A DNA stretch of 43,558 nt from an uncultured Candidatus Saccharibacteria bacterium (GTDB lineage Bacteria; Patescibacteriota; Minisyncoccia; Phycocordibacterales; Phycocordibacteraceae), in NCBI GenBank assembly GCA_964395025.1, contig CAYMZP010000003.1, positions 1 to 43,558 of the forward strand, read 5' to 3'. Made by a program: the position numbers and the translations under genes. Below the pieces are notes generated by a model. It made no database searches and was not told where the DNA came from. It saw only the letters and a program-made list of their open reading frames with translations. This document shows, piece by piece, positions 31,536 through 40,204 of the stretch (positions are counted from its first letter, which is position 1; each line of letters starts with the position of its first letter).

Positions 31536-33470
31536 TTATGCCTCTATTATGTCCTCTAAAAGACCGCGCGGACGTTCGTACGTAATCAGAGATTCGTCGA
31601 TATCCCGAATAAAGTCCGAGGGCTCTTGCAGGTAGTCAGTACCATAAATACGGCGGATGTGTGCGAGCGTTAGGTAGAGTTTTTTTCGTGCGCGGGTGAC
31701 TGCTACATAGAAAAGACGTCGTTCTTCTTCCTCGTCCCGCTCCTCCTCGTCATGTCCTTCGTGAGGAAACAGTCCTGCTTCAAGGCCGGAAATAAAGACG
31801 TGGTCAAACTCAAGTCCCTTTGCTGCGTGCACTGTCATAAGTGTGACGCCCTCTTTTTGTGATTCTTGCGGGCGGTCCATTTCGTCTTGGTCACCCGCAA
31901 GTGCTACATCCGCAAGAAACGCTGAGATACCATCTCTGCCTGGTGTTTCGTCATGACGGCTTGCGAGCGTAGCAAGTTCTTGCGCGTTCAACAGACGTTC
32001 CTGGTCCTCCTCTGTCCCCTCAGCAAGTGCGTGCTCTATACCGCTTTCAGTAATAACTTGGCGAACGAAAGCCGAAGGAAGTGCGCTTTCAGATGCAGTG
32101 TGGAGCGTATGCACGATGCGTTCAAAAGCTTCCACCTTTGCTTTCTCTGATGGCTTGAGCTCGTCGCGTTTGCCGGCCACCAGTTTTCCTAAGAGCACTT
32201 TTCCAATACCGCGTGTGGGAAATTGTACGGCGCGCATGCGGTCTGCTTCGCGCGACGGGTCAAGCGCAAGGCGTATCCACGCGAGCACATCTTTCACTTC
32301 TTTGCGGTCATAAAAACGGGTGCCAAGCAGGCGGTATGGAATTCCGTCTGAAAGAAACGCGTCTTCAAGTGCGCGTGACTGCACGTTTGTTCTAAACAGC
32401 ACCGCAATTTCTGTTGCCGGCACTCCTTCCTGCATGAGCGAGCGAGCTTTTTGTGCTATCCACCGCGCTTCTCCTTCTGCGGTTTCTGCAATCATGAGAG
32501 AAATGGGTTCCCCTGCCCCATTGTCCGTAACTGAACGTTTCTCTTTTTTGTTTCTGTTTTTTTCAATAATCTGATTTGCCGCATCCACAATAGTTTTTGA
32601 AGAACGGTAGTTGTGTTCAAGAATAATAGTTTTTGCATTCGGATACTGTTCTTCAAACTGGAGAATATTTTCTATGGTTGCGCCTCGCCACGTATAGATA
32701 CACTGGTCCACATCTCCCACGACCATGACATTTTTTTTGAGTCCTGAAAGAAGAGAAACAAGTTGTCCCTGTACTTCGTTTGTGTCTTGGAATTCGTCTA
32801 TATGAATGTATGCAAAACGTTTTTGCACCTGCTCCCTAACATCTGCATGTTCGTTCAAAAGTTTTACGGGAAGTGTAAGGAGGTCATCAAAATCAAGTGC
32901 CTTTTCTTTTTGGAGCGCTTCTTCATACATGCGCCATGCGTCGCTTGTGACACGAGCATGAAACGCACCCCCTGCGTATTTCTCGTGAAAAGCAGAACGG
33001 CTTTGCCCATCGTTTTTTGCTTTACTAATGCGATTCAAAATACTACGAGGCTCAACCTCTTTCGGGTCCACTCCAAGCGATTTCAGTGCTTCTTTTATGG
33101 CGCGAGTGGAGTCGTCTCGGTCAAAGATGGTGAAGTTTCGCGCTATGCCAAGCGGTGCACCATAGTTTTCAAGGAGCTCGCGACCAAGACCATGAAAAGT
33201 AGAAACGAACGGGAGGCTTCCTCGTTTCCAGGAGGTAATTTCCTGCCCGAGTCGTGCGCCGAGTCGTTCGCGCATTTCGCGAGCCGCCTTGTTTGTAAAT
33301 GTCACCGCCAGAATGGACTCTGGCGCTACGCCCTGACGGATGAGGTGGTAGATGCGGGTCGTGAGTACACGCGTTTTCCCAGAACCCGCTCCTGCAAGTA
33401 CGGAAACGGGCCCTTCGGTGGCAAGAACTGCCTCTTTTTGCCTTTCGTTGAGTCCATCAAGGTAATTCAC
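31536..33470 (-). CDS. UvrD/PcrA/Rep family ATP-dependent DNA helicase
   Basis: LNERQKEAV......VLAGAGSGKTRVLT, AVTFTNKAAREM, HIDEFQDTN, VGDVDQCIYTWRGA, TVHAAKGLEFDHVF and LFYVAVTRARKKL. Probable GTG at 33470 (TATATT 6 nt upstream); the track start is TTG 33473. Confidence 0.9.
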   Translation of the reverse strand: MNYLDGLNERQKEAVLATEGPVSVLAGAGSGKTRVLTTRIYHLIRQGVAPESILAVTFTNKAAREMRERLGARLGQEITSWKRGSLPFVSTFHGLGRELLENYGAPLGIARNFTIFDRDDSTRAIKEALKSLGVDPKEVEPRSILNRISKAKNDGQSRSAFHEKYAGGAFHARVTSDAWRMYEEALQKEKALDFDDLLTLPVKLLNEHADVREQVQKRFAYIHIDEFQDTNEVQGQLVSLLSGLKKNVMVVGDVDQCIYTWRGATIENILQFEEQYPNAKTIILEHNYRSSKTIVDAANQIIEKNRNKKEKRSVTDNGAGEPISLMIAETAEGEARWIAQKARSLMQEGVPATEIAVLFRTNVQSRALEDAFLSDGIPYRLLGTRFYDRKEVKDVLAWIRLALDPSREADRMRAVQFPTRGIGKVLLGKLVAGKRDELKPSEKAKVEAFERIVHTLHTASESALPSAFVRQVITESGIEHALAEGTEEDQERLLNAQELATLASRHDETPGRDGISAFLADVALAGDQDEMDRPQESQKEGVTLMTVHAAKGLEFDHVFISGLEAGLFPHEGHDEEERDEEEERRLFYVAVTRARKKLYLTLAHIRRIYGTDYLQEPSDFIRDIDESLITYERPRGLLEDIIEA

Positions 33471-33571
33471 CAATGAAATATACCAGTGAAGACTCTTGTC
33501 CCCATACTTTTGGATAACTTTTAGTCCAGAAATGGTGTTTTTTGACTCTCCACACCCCCTTTTTTACTCCA

Positions 33572-33599
33572 TTGACCGGACTTTTTACCCAGGTATAAT
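33572..33599 (+). promoter_or_regulatory. Sigma70-type promoter upstream of the M23 peptidase gene
   Basis: TTGACC (33572-33577), a 16 nt spacer, then TATAAT (33594-33599). Confidence 0.55.
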
Positions 33600-33881
33600 C
33601 GCCAGGTCGGACGTTTTGGAAGCACTCAAGAAATGGCGTAGGTAAGCCATTTTTGTAAACGGAAGCTCGCACAGAATCACCCTTTCCTTTGTATACTTTC
33701 CTCTAAAAGACCTTCCCGCATCCTAGAATCGGAACGCACCGGGAACGCATATAAGGCTTTTTTCGTCCTTGCGGGCGGAGCTTTTGTATTTGCTCTTGCG
33801 TGGGCACTTCCTCGACAGGCTGAAGCACTTTGGGGGCTTTTTTCTCGCACCGAAGCAGCAGATTTAGAGAGCGAGGTCATT

Positions 33882-34772
33882 TTGCATAATCCATCTAAGG
33901 TAGCGGTGCTCACTGCCCCAGGAAACAGTGCTACTACCAATACCTTTGAAATAGGCGTTTCAGAAGGTGCTCTTGTTCCATCTATTGGACCAGAGGGCAG
34001 TATGCCTGAGAAGCTTGCCGTGGGTGGACCGGTTTCTGACACCATTTCCCTCTATACCGTTCGCGAAGGAGACTCTCTATCCATCATTGCCGACATGCAC
34101 GGCGTTTCCGTAAATACCATAAAGTGGGCAAACGACATTACCGACGTGTCTCTTATACAGCCTGGCGATACCCTCCTCATCCTCCCTGTTTCTGGCGTGC
34201 GCCATGAAGTGAAGAACGGCGGTACCGTTAAAGACGTGGCAGAGCTCTATGACGCAGACGCAGAGGAAATCGCGCTCTATAACGGCCTCTCTCTTGATAC
34301 TCTTCTTAAGAAAGGTGACATCGTCATGGTTCCAGGAGGAAACCTCACTCCTGCTCCGACAAAAGTTGTCACCTCCTCTGGTGCAGTCAAAGCAGTAACT
34401 ACGGCCCTCCCTGCTCTCACTGGATACTTTGAAAGTCCAATGCGCTCAGGACGCGTGACCCAGGGAATCCATGGGCATAACGGTATAGATGTTGGTGCGC
34501 CGTCTGGCACTCCGGTGTATGCATCTGCAGGAGGAACGGTGATTGTGGCAAAAAATAACGGCGGATATAACGGCGGATACGGAAACTACATCGTAATTAG
34601 CCATGACAATGGTACGCAAACGCTCTACGCTCACCTCTCCTCAGTATCAGTCTCCGTAGGTTCTGTGGTAAGTCAGGGCCAGCACATTGGTGGTGTGGGT
34701 AATACCGGCCGTTCAACGGGCTTCCACCTTCACTTTGAAGTTCGTGGTGCGAAAAACCCTCTCGCACAATAG
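33882..34772 (+). CDS. LysM-domain M23 family metallopeptidase (cell-wall endopeptidase)
   Basis: Two LysM-like repeats: YTVREGDSLSIIADMHGVSVNTIKWAN and HEVKNGGTVKDVAELYDADAEEIALYN. M23 motifs: HNGIDVGAPSGTPVYA, GNYIVISH and GRSTGFHLHFEV. The track start is TTG 33882, but the same frame stays open back to 33642 and encodes a signal-anchor-like segment (see findings). Confidence 0.85.
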   Translation: MHNPSKVAVLTAPGNSATTNTFEIGVSEGALVPSIGPEGSMPEKLAVGGPVSDTISLYTVREGDSLSIIADMHGVSVNTIKWANDITDVSLIQPGDTLLILPVSGVRHEVKNGGTVKDVAELYDADAEEIALYNGLSLDTLLKKGDIVMVPGGNLTPAPTKVVTSSGAVKAVTTALPALTGYFESPMRSGRVTQGIHGHNGIDVGAPSGTPVYASAGGTVIVAKNNGGYNGGYGNYIVISHDNGTQTLYAHLSSVSVSVGSVVSQGQHIGGVGNTGRSTGFHLHFEVRGAKNPLAQ

Positions 34773-34818
34773 TCGTTTCTTCATATAGTTTGAATGCCAC
34801 TGCCACCTCTTACCGTGT

Positions 34819-34854
34819 TGCCTTATTTTCTCACGGCCGTGAGAAAATAAGGCA
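34819..34854. terminator. 36 bp perfect palindrome between convergent genes (bidirectional terminator candidate)
   Basis: tgccttattttctcacgg / ccgtgagaaaataaggca, between the M23 stop (34772) and the comM stop (34926). Confidence 0.7.
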
Positions 34855-34925
34855 GAAATGAAAATGCGACCAGAAAGAGATGTGGGGGCTTAGAGAAGCT
34901 CGTGGTCAACTTTTTCCAGAGGTCA

Positions 34926-36479
34926 CTACTCAAATCCAAAGAGTCCGCGAGGACGGTATTGGAGTGCTTCAAGCATGTGAGGTGCTTCTACCGTTTCGCT
35001 TCCTGCAAGGTCGGCAATAGTACGCGCAACACGCATAACACGGTGGAACGCGCGTGGAGAAAGATTCAACTTCTTTGCGGATTCAAGTAGTACGCGCTTC
35101 CCTTCTTCTGAGAAACCTGTATGAGAATCAAGCTCGCGCGAGGTAAGTCGTGCGTTTACACCACTACCTGTGGCCCGTGTATGCATGCGCGTGCGAGCAT
35201 CAATCACTCGCGCTCGTACTTCTTCCGAAGACTCTGCACTCGAGAGACTCGTGAGTGTTTCGTGAGAGACGTGAGGCACTTCTACCCAAAGATCTAGACG
35301 GTCTGCAATCGGGCGAGAAATCTTTCGTGCTTGTTTCAGTGCTTGGCGCACCGCAACTTCTGCATCCGCTGTAAGCGTATCTGCAGGGTTCATAGCAGCA
35401 ACAATCATACAATCTGCAGGAAATGTCATTGTCGCGCGTGCGCGAGAAACAGTTACTACGCGATCTTCAAGTGGTTGGCGAAGCGCTTCAAGTGCGCGCG
35501 CGTCAAATTCTGCAAACTCATCAAGAAAAAGTACACCTTTGTGTGCGAGCGTCACTTCACCCGGACGGGGTACCGCTCCCCCGCCGACCATCGCCGTGTG
35601 TGAAATAGTGTGATGTGGGGCTCGAAATGGCGGGTAGTAAACCGCACCATCGCGAAGTTCTCCTGCGGTCGAGTGAATAGCAGTCACTTCTATCAGTTCA
35701 TCGTTTGAAAGCGGTGGAAGAATTCCTGAGAGTGCGCGTGCAAGCATTGTCTTTCCTGTGCCAGGAGGTCCATACAGTACAAGATTGTGTCTGCCAGCTG
35801 CCGCTATCTCAAGTGCGCGTTTCGCACTCTCCTGCCCTTTGATATCTCGTAAGTCCACGGAAGGAGGACGTACCACGTTTCTTTCCTCTCCGACGTATGG
35901 AGGAAGTACAGTCTCTCCACTCAAGTGATCAACAACTTCTTTTAAAGATGTCGGTGCGAATACAGCTATTCCGTCAGCGAGGGACGCTTCTTTAGCATTC
36001 TCTTTGGGTACAAACACAGTTTTAATTCCTGCTTTCTTCGCCGTGACCACTTGCGCAAGAATGCCTCGTACACTGCGCAACGTACCATCAAGCGCCAGCT
36101 CTCCCGCGTAGAGCGCTTGTTCCTTAGGAAGTTCAATGTCCCCTGTTGCGGAAAGATAACAAAGAGCTAGCGGTAGGTCGTAGTGTGAACCTTCTTTTTT
36201 CAAGTCGGCAGGAGAAAGTGAAAGTACAATACGTTTGTTGCTTGATTTCGGAGATGCAAATCCCGCGTGACGTATCGCAGCGGAGATGCGGTCACGCGCT
36301 TCTTCTACTGCTTTATCTGGGAGACCAACGATAGAGAAAGAATGTAACCCGCGCGTAATATCCGCTTCAATCGTCACGAGTGAAGCATTACTTCCCAGTG
36401 GTTGTGCAGCAAAAAGCGCCGCGTAACCACTCGTTTCTTTTTTGGTTTGCGAAATCTCTCCCACGGGGATACTACGCAA
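34926..36479 (-). CDS. comM: YifB/ComM family Mg-chelatase-like AAA+ ATPase
   Basis: N-terminal Lon-protease-like domain ([31 protein letters not shown]). Walker [14 protein letters not shown], Walker [12 protein letters not shown], and a C-terminal ChlI-type region. The exact start is uncertain (TTG 36479 or GTG 36464). Confidence 0.9.
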   Translation of the reverse strand: MRSIPVGEISQTKKETSGYAALFAAQPLGSNASLVTIEADITRGLHSFSIVGLPDKAVEEARDRISAAIRHAGFASPKSSNKRIVLSLSPADLKKEGSHYDLPLALCYLSATGDIELPKEQALYAGELALDGTLRSVRGILAQVVTAKKAGIKTVFVPKENAKEASLADGIAVFAPTSLKEVVDHLSGETVLPPYVGEERNVVRPPSVDLRDIKGQESAKRALEIAAAGRHNLVLYGPPGTGKTMLARALSGILPPLSNDELIEVTAIHSTAGELRDGAVYYPPFRAPHHTISHTAMVGGGAVPRPGEVTLAHKGVLFLDEFAEFDARALEALRQPLEDRVVTVSRARATMTFPADCMIVAAMNPADTLTADAEVAVRQALKQARKISRPIADRLDLWVEVPHVSHETLTSLSSAESSEEVRARVIDARTRMHTRATGSGVNARLTSRELDSHTGFSEEGKRVLLESAKKLNLSPRAFHRVMRVARTIADLAGSETVEAPHMLEALQYRPRGLFGFE

Positions 36480-37137
36480 CTGGTGCTGGTGCCGGAGCTT
36501 CTTCTACCTTCTCTGCTACGGGCTCCGCTGAAGGAGTGTGAGATGCATTACTGAGTGTTCTGTATACATGCACGCTTGCAAGGAGAGAAACGGGAACGGT
36601 CACGAAGAGGCCGAGGAAGAGTGGAATCATACCCACAACATTGAGGACCATAAGAGCAAGACCCAAAATGAGAAGTTTCAAACGGTTTCCACGCGTGAGA
36701 CGGGCACTCTCAAGAAGTGCTTCCTTAACCCACATCTTCTTCTCTATCGTGAGGTAGAGCGCGAAGCTCCATGCAAGGGCAAGAATGATGCCTGGAACAA
36801 TGAGCAAGAAGAATCCAATGATAATAAGGATGCCCATGATGATGGAGGTGACAAGGTAGCGCCAAAATGGTTCTGGTCTCCACATATCGCGAATACTTGC
36901 TGAGCCTGGTGCGTCATGCGCTTTGAGGTAAAACGCGATGATACCTACGCTAAGAAATGTACCTACGACAACTCCAAGAAGTGGTGCAAAGAACGGAGGA
37001 AGCATCGACTGCACCATACCAAGCACAAACTGTACTGCTAGATACGCAAGTGAAACTTTAAGGAAAAGTACCCAGTGTGCTTTGAAGGTGGTCCACCCGA
37101 AGCTCACACTCTCTTTGATAGAAAATCCGTTGGTCAT
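36472..37137 (-). CDS. Polytopic membrane protein, hypothetical
   Basis: 5-6 hydrophobic helices ([40 protein letters not shown], ...). TAACCT lies 7 nt upstream of the ATG. No family assigned. Confidence 0.7.
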   Translation of the reverse strand: MTNGFSIKESVSFGWTTFKAHWVLFLKVSLAYLAVQFVLGMVQSMLPPFFAPLLGVVVGTFLSVGIIAFYLKAHDAPGSASIRDMWRPEPFWRYLVTSIIMGILIIIGFFLLIVPGIILALAWSFALYLTIEKKMWVKEALLESARLTRGNRLKLLILGLALMVLNVVGMIPLFLGLFVTVPVSLLASVHVYRTLSNASHTPSAEPVAEKVEEAPAPAPVA

Positions 37138-37172
37138 GGTGAATAGGTTACGTGCCTCCAGTGTAGCAAATA

Positions 37173-37529
37173 CTAGGCCCCTGCCATATGGGTCATGCAG
37201 GTCGTGGCTGCAGGGTCGGCATTGAGGCGGGCTTCTTCTATAGGCTCTCCGGACACAAGGCAGGTACCGTATGTTCCCGCATCAATTCGCGCAAGCGCTG
37301 CAAGCACGCCTTCGTAGCGTGGTTCAAGTTCTGCGAGTATGGCAGCGTTTTCTCCGTACCCTTCCTGAAGGTCAGCAGCGTCGTTTGTGTCTGGCTCCTG
37401 CCCCACTTCCTGAGGAATCGCTTCCCAATCCCGAGGATTGCTTGGGTTTTTGCGAGCTACGGTCGCAAGCTCCATTTCCAACTTTGCTTTCTCTTCCTCT
37501 AGGCGTGCTTTATATGCATGTGTGTCCAT
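37173..37529 (-). CDS. DksA/TraR-like protein with a degenerate zinc finger
   Basis: ORF 37173..37691; start at MDTHAYKARLEEEKAKLE (TACAGT 6 nt upstream). Coiled-coil N-terminal half, then GTYGTCLVSGEPIEEARLNADPAATTCMTH, which aligns to C.xC-17-C..C with Cys2 replaced by Ser and Cys4 by His. Confidence 0.65.
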   Translation of the reverse strand: MDTHAYKARLEEEKAKLEMELATVARKNPSNPRDWEAIPQEVGQEPDTNDAADLQEGYGENAAILAELEPRYEGVLAALARIDAGTYGTCLVSGEPIEEARLNADPAATTCMTHMAGA

Positions 37530-37548
37530 GTCGGCACTGTAGCACACT

Positions 37549-38880
37549 CTAATTTGAGCGAGTAAGAAGGAGTCGGCGGACAAGTTCTGCAAACGAAGCT
37601 TCGTTTCGCGCGATAATAAGCGTCTCTTTATCGTGGTACCCGTATACCAAAATGGCGCGACCCTCTTGGTCACGAAGTACGCGAGCGTCACGTGCTTCTA
37701 TCACAATATCGCGGAATCCTTGTGATGCAGGTGTTCGTACTACGGTTGGTAGGGTAGAGGTTCCTGTTGGTTCTGGTGTGGGAGGGAGAGGCGCGTACCA
37801 CATGGAAAGGTCGGTTGCGATACGTGCTTCCCAAGCGAGCATGCCAGCGAAGGAACGTTCATATGAAGCCGTACGCAGTAAAAAGAACGGCGCTGTTTCT
37901 CCCTGTATACGCATCACGCCGACGGTTGATTCAGGAAGAAGACTGCGAAGCAGTATGTCGGGTGCTGGAAGCGCGAGTGCATCTACTAACTCCCCGCCCG
38001 AGATAGGGACAAAAACGGTGAGACCTTCTGGTGTTGAGCTTGCGCGAGTTTTGTATGCGACCGCGAGTGTGCCTTCTGCAAGCGGAAGTTCTGTAAGTCC
38101 TGCAAGTGCGTCTTGGAGCATACTGCCCTCTCCACTTATTTCACGATATTCTTGCGCACGTACGAGTGACGGCACAGAGACTTCTTCGGGGATTGTTACA
38201 GGAAGTGGGCGCAAAGAAAGTGCCGCAAACAGTACGCCAACCCCAGCAATTACAAACAGCGCACCAAACATAACCGCAAACGGAAAAGGCTTTTTATCTA
38301 CAAAGCGTACCGTGTCTAGACGACCGGCATCTGCTTCTGCAGCGACTACGGAAAAAGTAGAGGCCTGATTTGCGTCTATGTGATCGGAAAAGTCGCTTTT
38401 ATACGTGTGAATGCGGTCAGGCACTGCTGGTGCCTTAGATTTTGCAGGGGGCGGTGTAGGCGGAGTTGCCGGGCGAGGCACTTCTCTTTTTTCTGGAGGG
38501 GGCGGTGCAGGCACTTTTTTCTCTACAGGCTTTATTTCTTCAGGTTTCTCTACCTTGGACACCTCCTCTTTTTTAGGGGCCGTATATTTTGCTGCTTTTG
38601 CTTTGAGTCGTGCGAGTACCTCCTCTTTTGTTTCATCCGTAGAAGGCGCTTTCGGGAATAGGGATGGTGGCTCAGGTTCAGGGAGTGGAGTTTTTTTGGG
38701 TGCTTCTTTTTTCTTTTCTTTCTCCTTCTTTTTCTTTGGTGCTGGAGCTACTGCCATAGGTGGCGGAGTTTTACCAAGACGCGCCATGTCTTTCGCAAAT
38801 GTGCGTATATGCGGTGCCGGATCCTTCGGAGGATCTGCTACGACAGGAGGTGCAGGATTTTTTGCCGGTTCAGTAGCCAC
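37549..38880 (-). CDS. Hypothetical bitopic membrane protein with a Pro/Lys-rich N-terminal half
   Basis: ORF 37549..38907, but its first 9 codons lie inside the upstream terminator hairpin. The GTG at 38880 has TATACT 7 nt upstream. Repeated motif IRTFAKDMA / IHTYKSDFS. TM FPFAVMFGALFVIAGVGVLFAAL, followed by a roughly 240 aa extracytoplasmic domain. Confidence 0.6.
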   Translation of the reverse strand: MATEPAKNPAPPVVADPPKDPAPHIRTFAKDMARLGKTPPPMAVAPAPKKKKEKEKKKEAPKKTPLPEPEPPSLFPKAPSTDETKEEVLARLKAKAAKYTAPKKEEVSKVEKPEEIKPVEKKVPAPPPPEKREVPRPATPPTPPPAKSKAPAVPDRIHTYKSDFSDHIDANQASTFSVVAAEADAGRLDTVRFVDKKPFPFAVMFGALFVIAGVGVLFAALSLRPLPVTIPEEVSVPSLVRAQEYREISGEGSMLQDALAGLTELPLAEGTLAVAYKTRASSTPEGLTVFVPISGGELVDALALPAPDILLRSLLPESTVGVMRIQGETAPFFLLRTASYERSFAGMLAWEARIATDLSMWYAPLPPTPEPTGTSTLPTVVRTPASQGFRDIVIEARDARVLRDQEGRAILVYGYHDKETLIIARNEASFAELVRRLLLTRSN

Positions 38881-38883
38881 TCT

Positions 38884-38926
38884 AAAAAGTATACACGCCA
38901 CGCTCAAAGAGCGTGGCGTGTATACC
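38884..38926 (-). terminator. Strong intrinsic terminator after the NYN gene
   Basis: gtatacacgccacgctc / gagcgtggcgtgtatac is a 17 bp perfect stem with loop aaa. On the minus strand it is followed by ttttta. Confidence 0.8.
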
Positions 38927-38934
38927 TGTGCGTT

Positions 38935-39465
38935 TTACTGTCCGCGTGTACCGAGGCGCGGGGAAATAGTGAAGCGCTTCGGGTCATCACACATGTCAGT
39001 GAAGGCGTGTGCCGCTTCTTTCAGTTTAGAGGAAGAAGATTTTCCAAAAGAAATTACTTCTACCTGACATCCTTCGTTCATATCGAGGTACTCAATGAGG
39101 GGTACGAAGTCACCGTCCCCTGTTGCAAGAATGATGGTGTCTAGTTTTGGTGCAAGCTTTACGGCGTCTATAGCAAGTCCCACATCCCAGTCTGCTTTTT
39201 TGGCGCCATCAGCAAAAACTTGGAGGTCTTTCACTTTCGTCTCAATGCCGATTTTCGTCAGTGCCTCAAAGAAGTTTGTTTCATCTCCGGCTTCAGTCTT
39301 AATGACGTATGCGATAGCGCGCACAAGCACGCGGTCGCCCACGGCTTCCGCTAGAACATTTGCGAAATTGACGCGAGCTTTGTAGAGATGTTTTGCACTG
39401 TGATACAGGTTTTGCGTGTCTATGAAAATGCCCACACGCTGAGCACGATGCTTAATTACAGGCAT
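38935..39465 (-). CDS. NYN domain (LabA/DUF88-like) protein
   Basis: RVGIFIDTQNLYHSAK...ADWDVGLAIDAV......DTIILATGDGDFVPLIEYL is the typical NYN/LabA acidic-residue pattern. Confidence 0.8.
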   Translation of the reverse strand: MPVIKHRAQRVGIFIDTQNLYHSAKHLYKARVNFANVLAEAVGDRVLVRAIAYVIKTEAGDETNFFEALTKIGIETKVKDLQVFADGAKKADWDVGLAIDAVKLAPKLDTIILATGDGDFVPLIEYLDMNEGCQVEVISFGKSSSSKLKEAAHAFTDMCDDPKRFTISPRLGTRGQ

Positions 39466-39592
39466 ATAAAAATTGATTACACGTATTAAAAGCAGGAAGA
39501 AAGCTTCCCTTCTCCAAGCTTACCACTGTCTAACAAAGCGCTACTCTTTCTCCACAAAGGGTGGAAGGGTTGTACGAAAACGAGAGAACCGG

Positions 39593-39859
39593 TTATTTCT
39601 TCAAACCGAGTTTCTTGGTGATTGCGTTGTAGCGACGCTTGTCGTTCTTTTCCAAATAGCGCAGGTGTGCACGGCGGTCAGCCACCATCTGAAGGAGACC
39701 ACGGCGAGAGTGGTTATCTTTGTGGTTTTTCTTGAGGTGCTTGGTCAACTCGTCGATACGGCGAGTGAGCATAGCAACCTGAACATCCGGAGAACCGGTG
39801 TCCGTGTCGTGGCGTGCCGAATCTTTGATTACGGACGTTTTTACGCGCTTTGTTAGCAT
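39593..39859 (-). CDS. rpsO: 30S ribosomal protein S15
   Basis: ORF 39593..39880; start at MLTKRVKTSVIKDSARHDTDTGSPDVQVAMLTRRIDELTKHLKKNHKDNHSRRGLLQMVADRRAHLRYL, a canonical S15 sequence. Confidence 0.93.
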   Translation of the reverse strand: MLTKRVKTSVIKDSARHDTDTGSPDVQVAMLTRRIDELTKHLKKNHKDNHSRRGLLQMVADRRAHLRYLEKNDKRRYNAITKKLGLKK

Positions 39860-39911
39860 GGTTCCCGCATAGTACCACACCTTGCAAAAAAGCGCAAGTG
39901 TTTTGTAGTCA

Positions 39912-39955
39912 AAAGCCCTGCGAGTCCCCTCCGTGGAGGTTTATCGCAGGGCTTT
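39912..39955 (-). terminator. Long hairpin downstream of the small ORF
   Basis: aaagccctgcga / tcgcagggcttt is a 12 bp stem with an inner cctcc/ggagg stem. The T residues are part of the stem rather than a free tail. Confidence 0.4.
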
Positions 39956-39959
39956 GGCT

Positions 39960-40175
39960 TTACACGAAATAGAGCGTTTGTCCGGTCATGTGGTCAAAGA
40001 CCACATACCGATCCACATCGTCTCGTCGCGGACGGCTCGCATTTCGTTCGGCGCAGGCAGTGCCAGCATCAGCATCGCTCGCGAAAAACGTTCCGGGGTA
40101 GGAAGTTTCTCGTACACGGTTGATGAGCAGAAGCTGGAACCTCGCGGGTAGCTCAGCGTTCATTTTCAGCCTCAT
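39960..40175 (-). CDS. Possible small hypothetical protein (71 aa)
   Basis: MRLKMNAELPARFQLLLINRVRETSYPG... A GGGGGAG Shine-Dalgarno sequence lies 5 nt upstream of the ATG at 40175, and a hairpin follows the stop. An equally long ORF exists on the opposite strand, so coding status is uncertain. Confidence 0.35.
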   Translation of the reverse strand: MRLKMNAELPARFQLLLINRVRETSYPGTFFASDADAGTACAERNASRPRRDDVDRYVVFDHMTGQTLYFV

Positions 40176-40204
40176 TACAACTCCCCCGCCTCATCCTAGT
40201 TCTT

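Noticed and set aside
21754-33641. Possible reassignment of TAG, given two in-frame TAGs at 21754-21756 and 33639-33641.
   Set aside because: TAG terminates many conserved genes here at their expected ends (ruvB, ruvC, PBP, dnaA, comM, CPBP protease, M23 and others), so TAG is a normal stop in this genome. Local readthrough or mutation remains possible and is reported under the specific findings.
40141-40175. gcgggtagctcagcg resembles a tRNA acceptor/D-arm start.
   Set aside because: No anticodon stem, T-arm (GGTTCGAATCC-like) or complementary 3-prime acceptor strand follows. It is not a tRNA.
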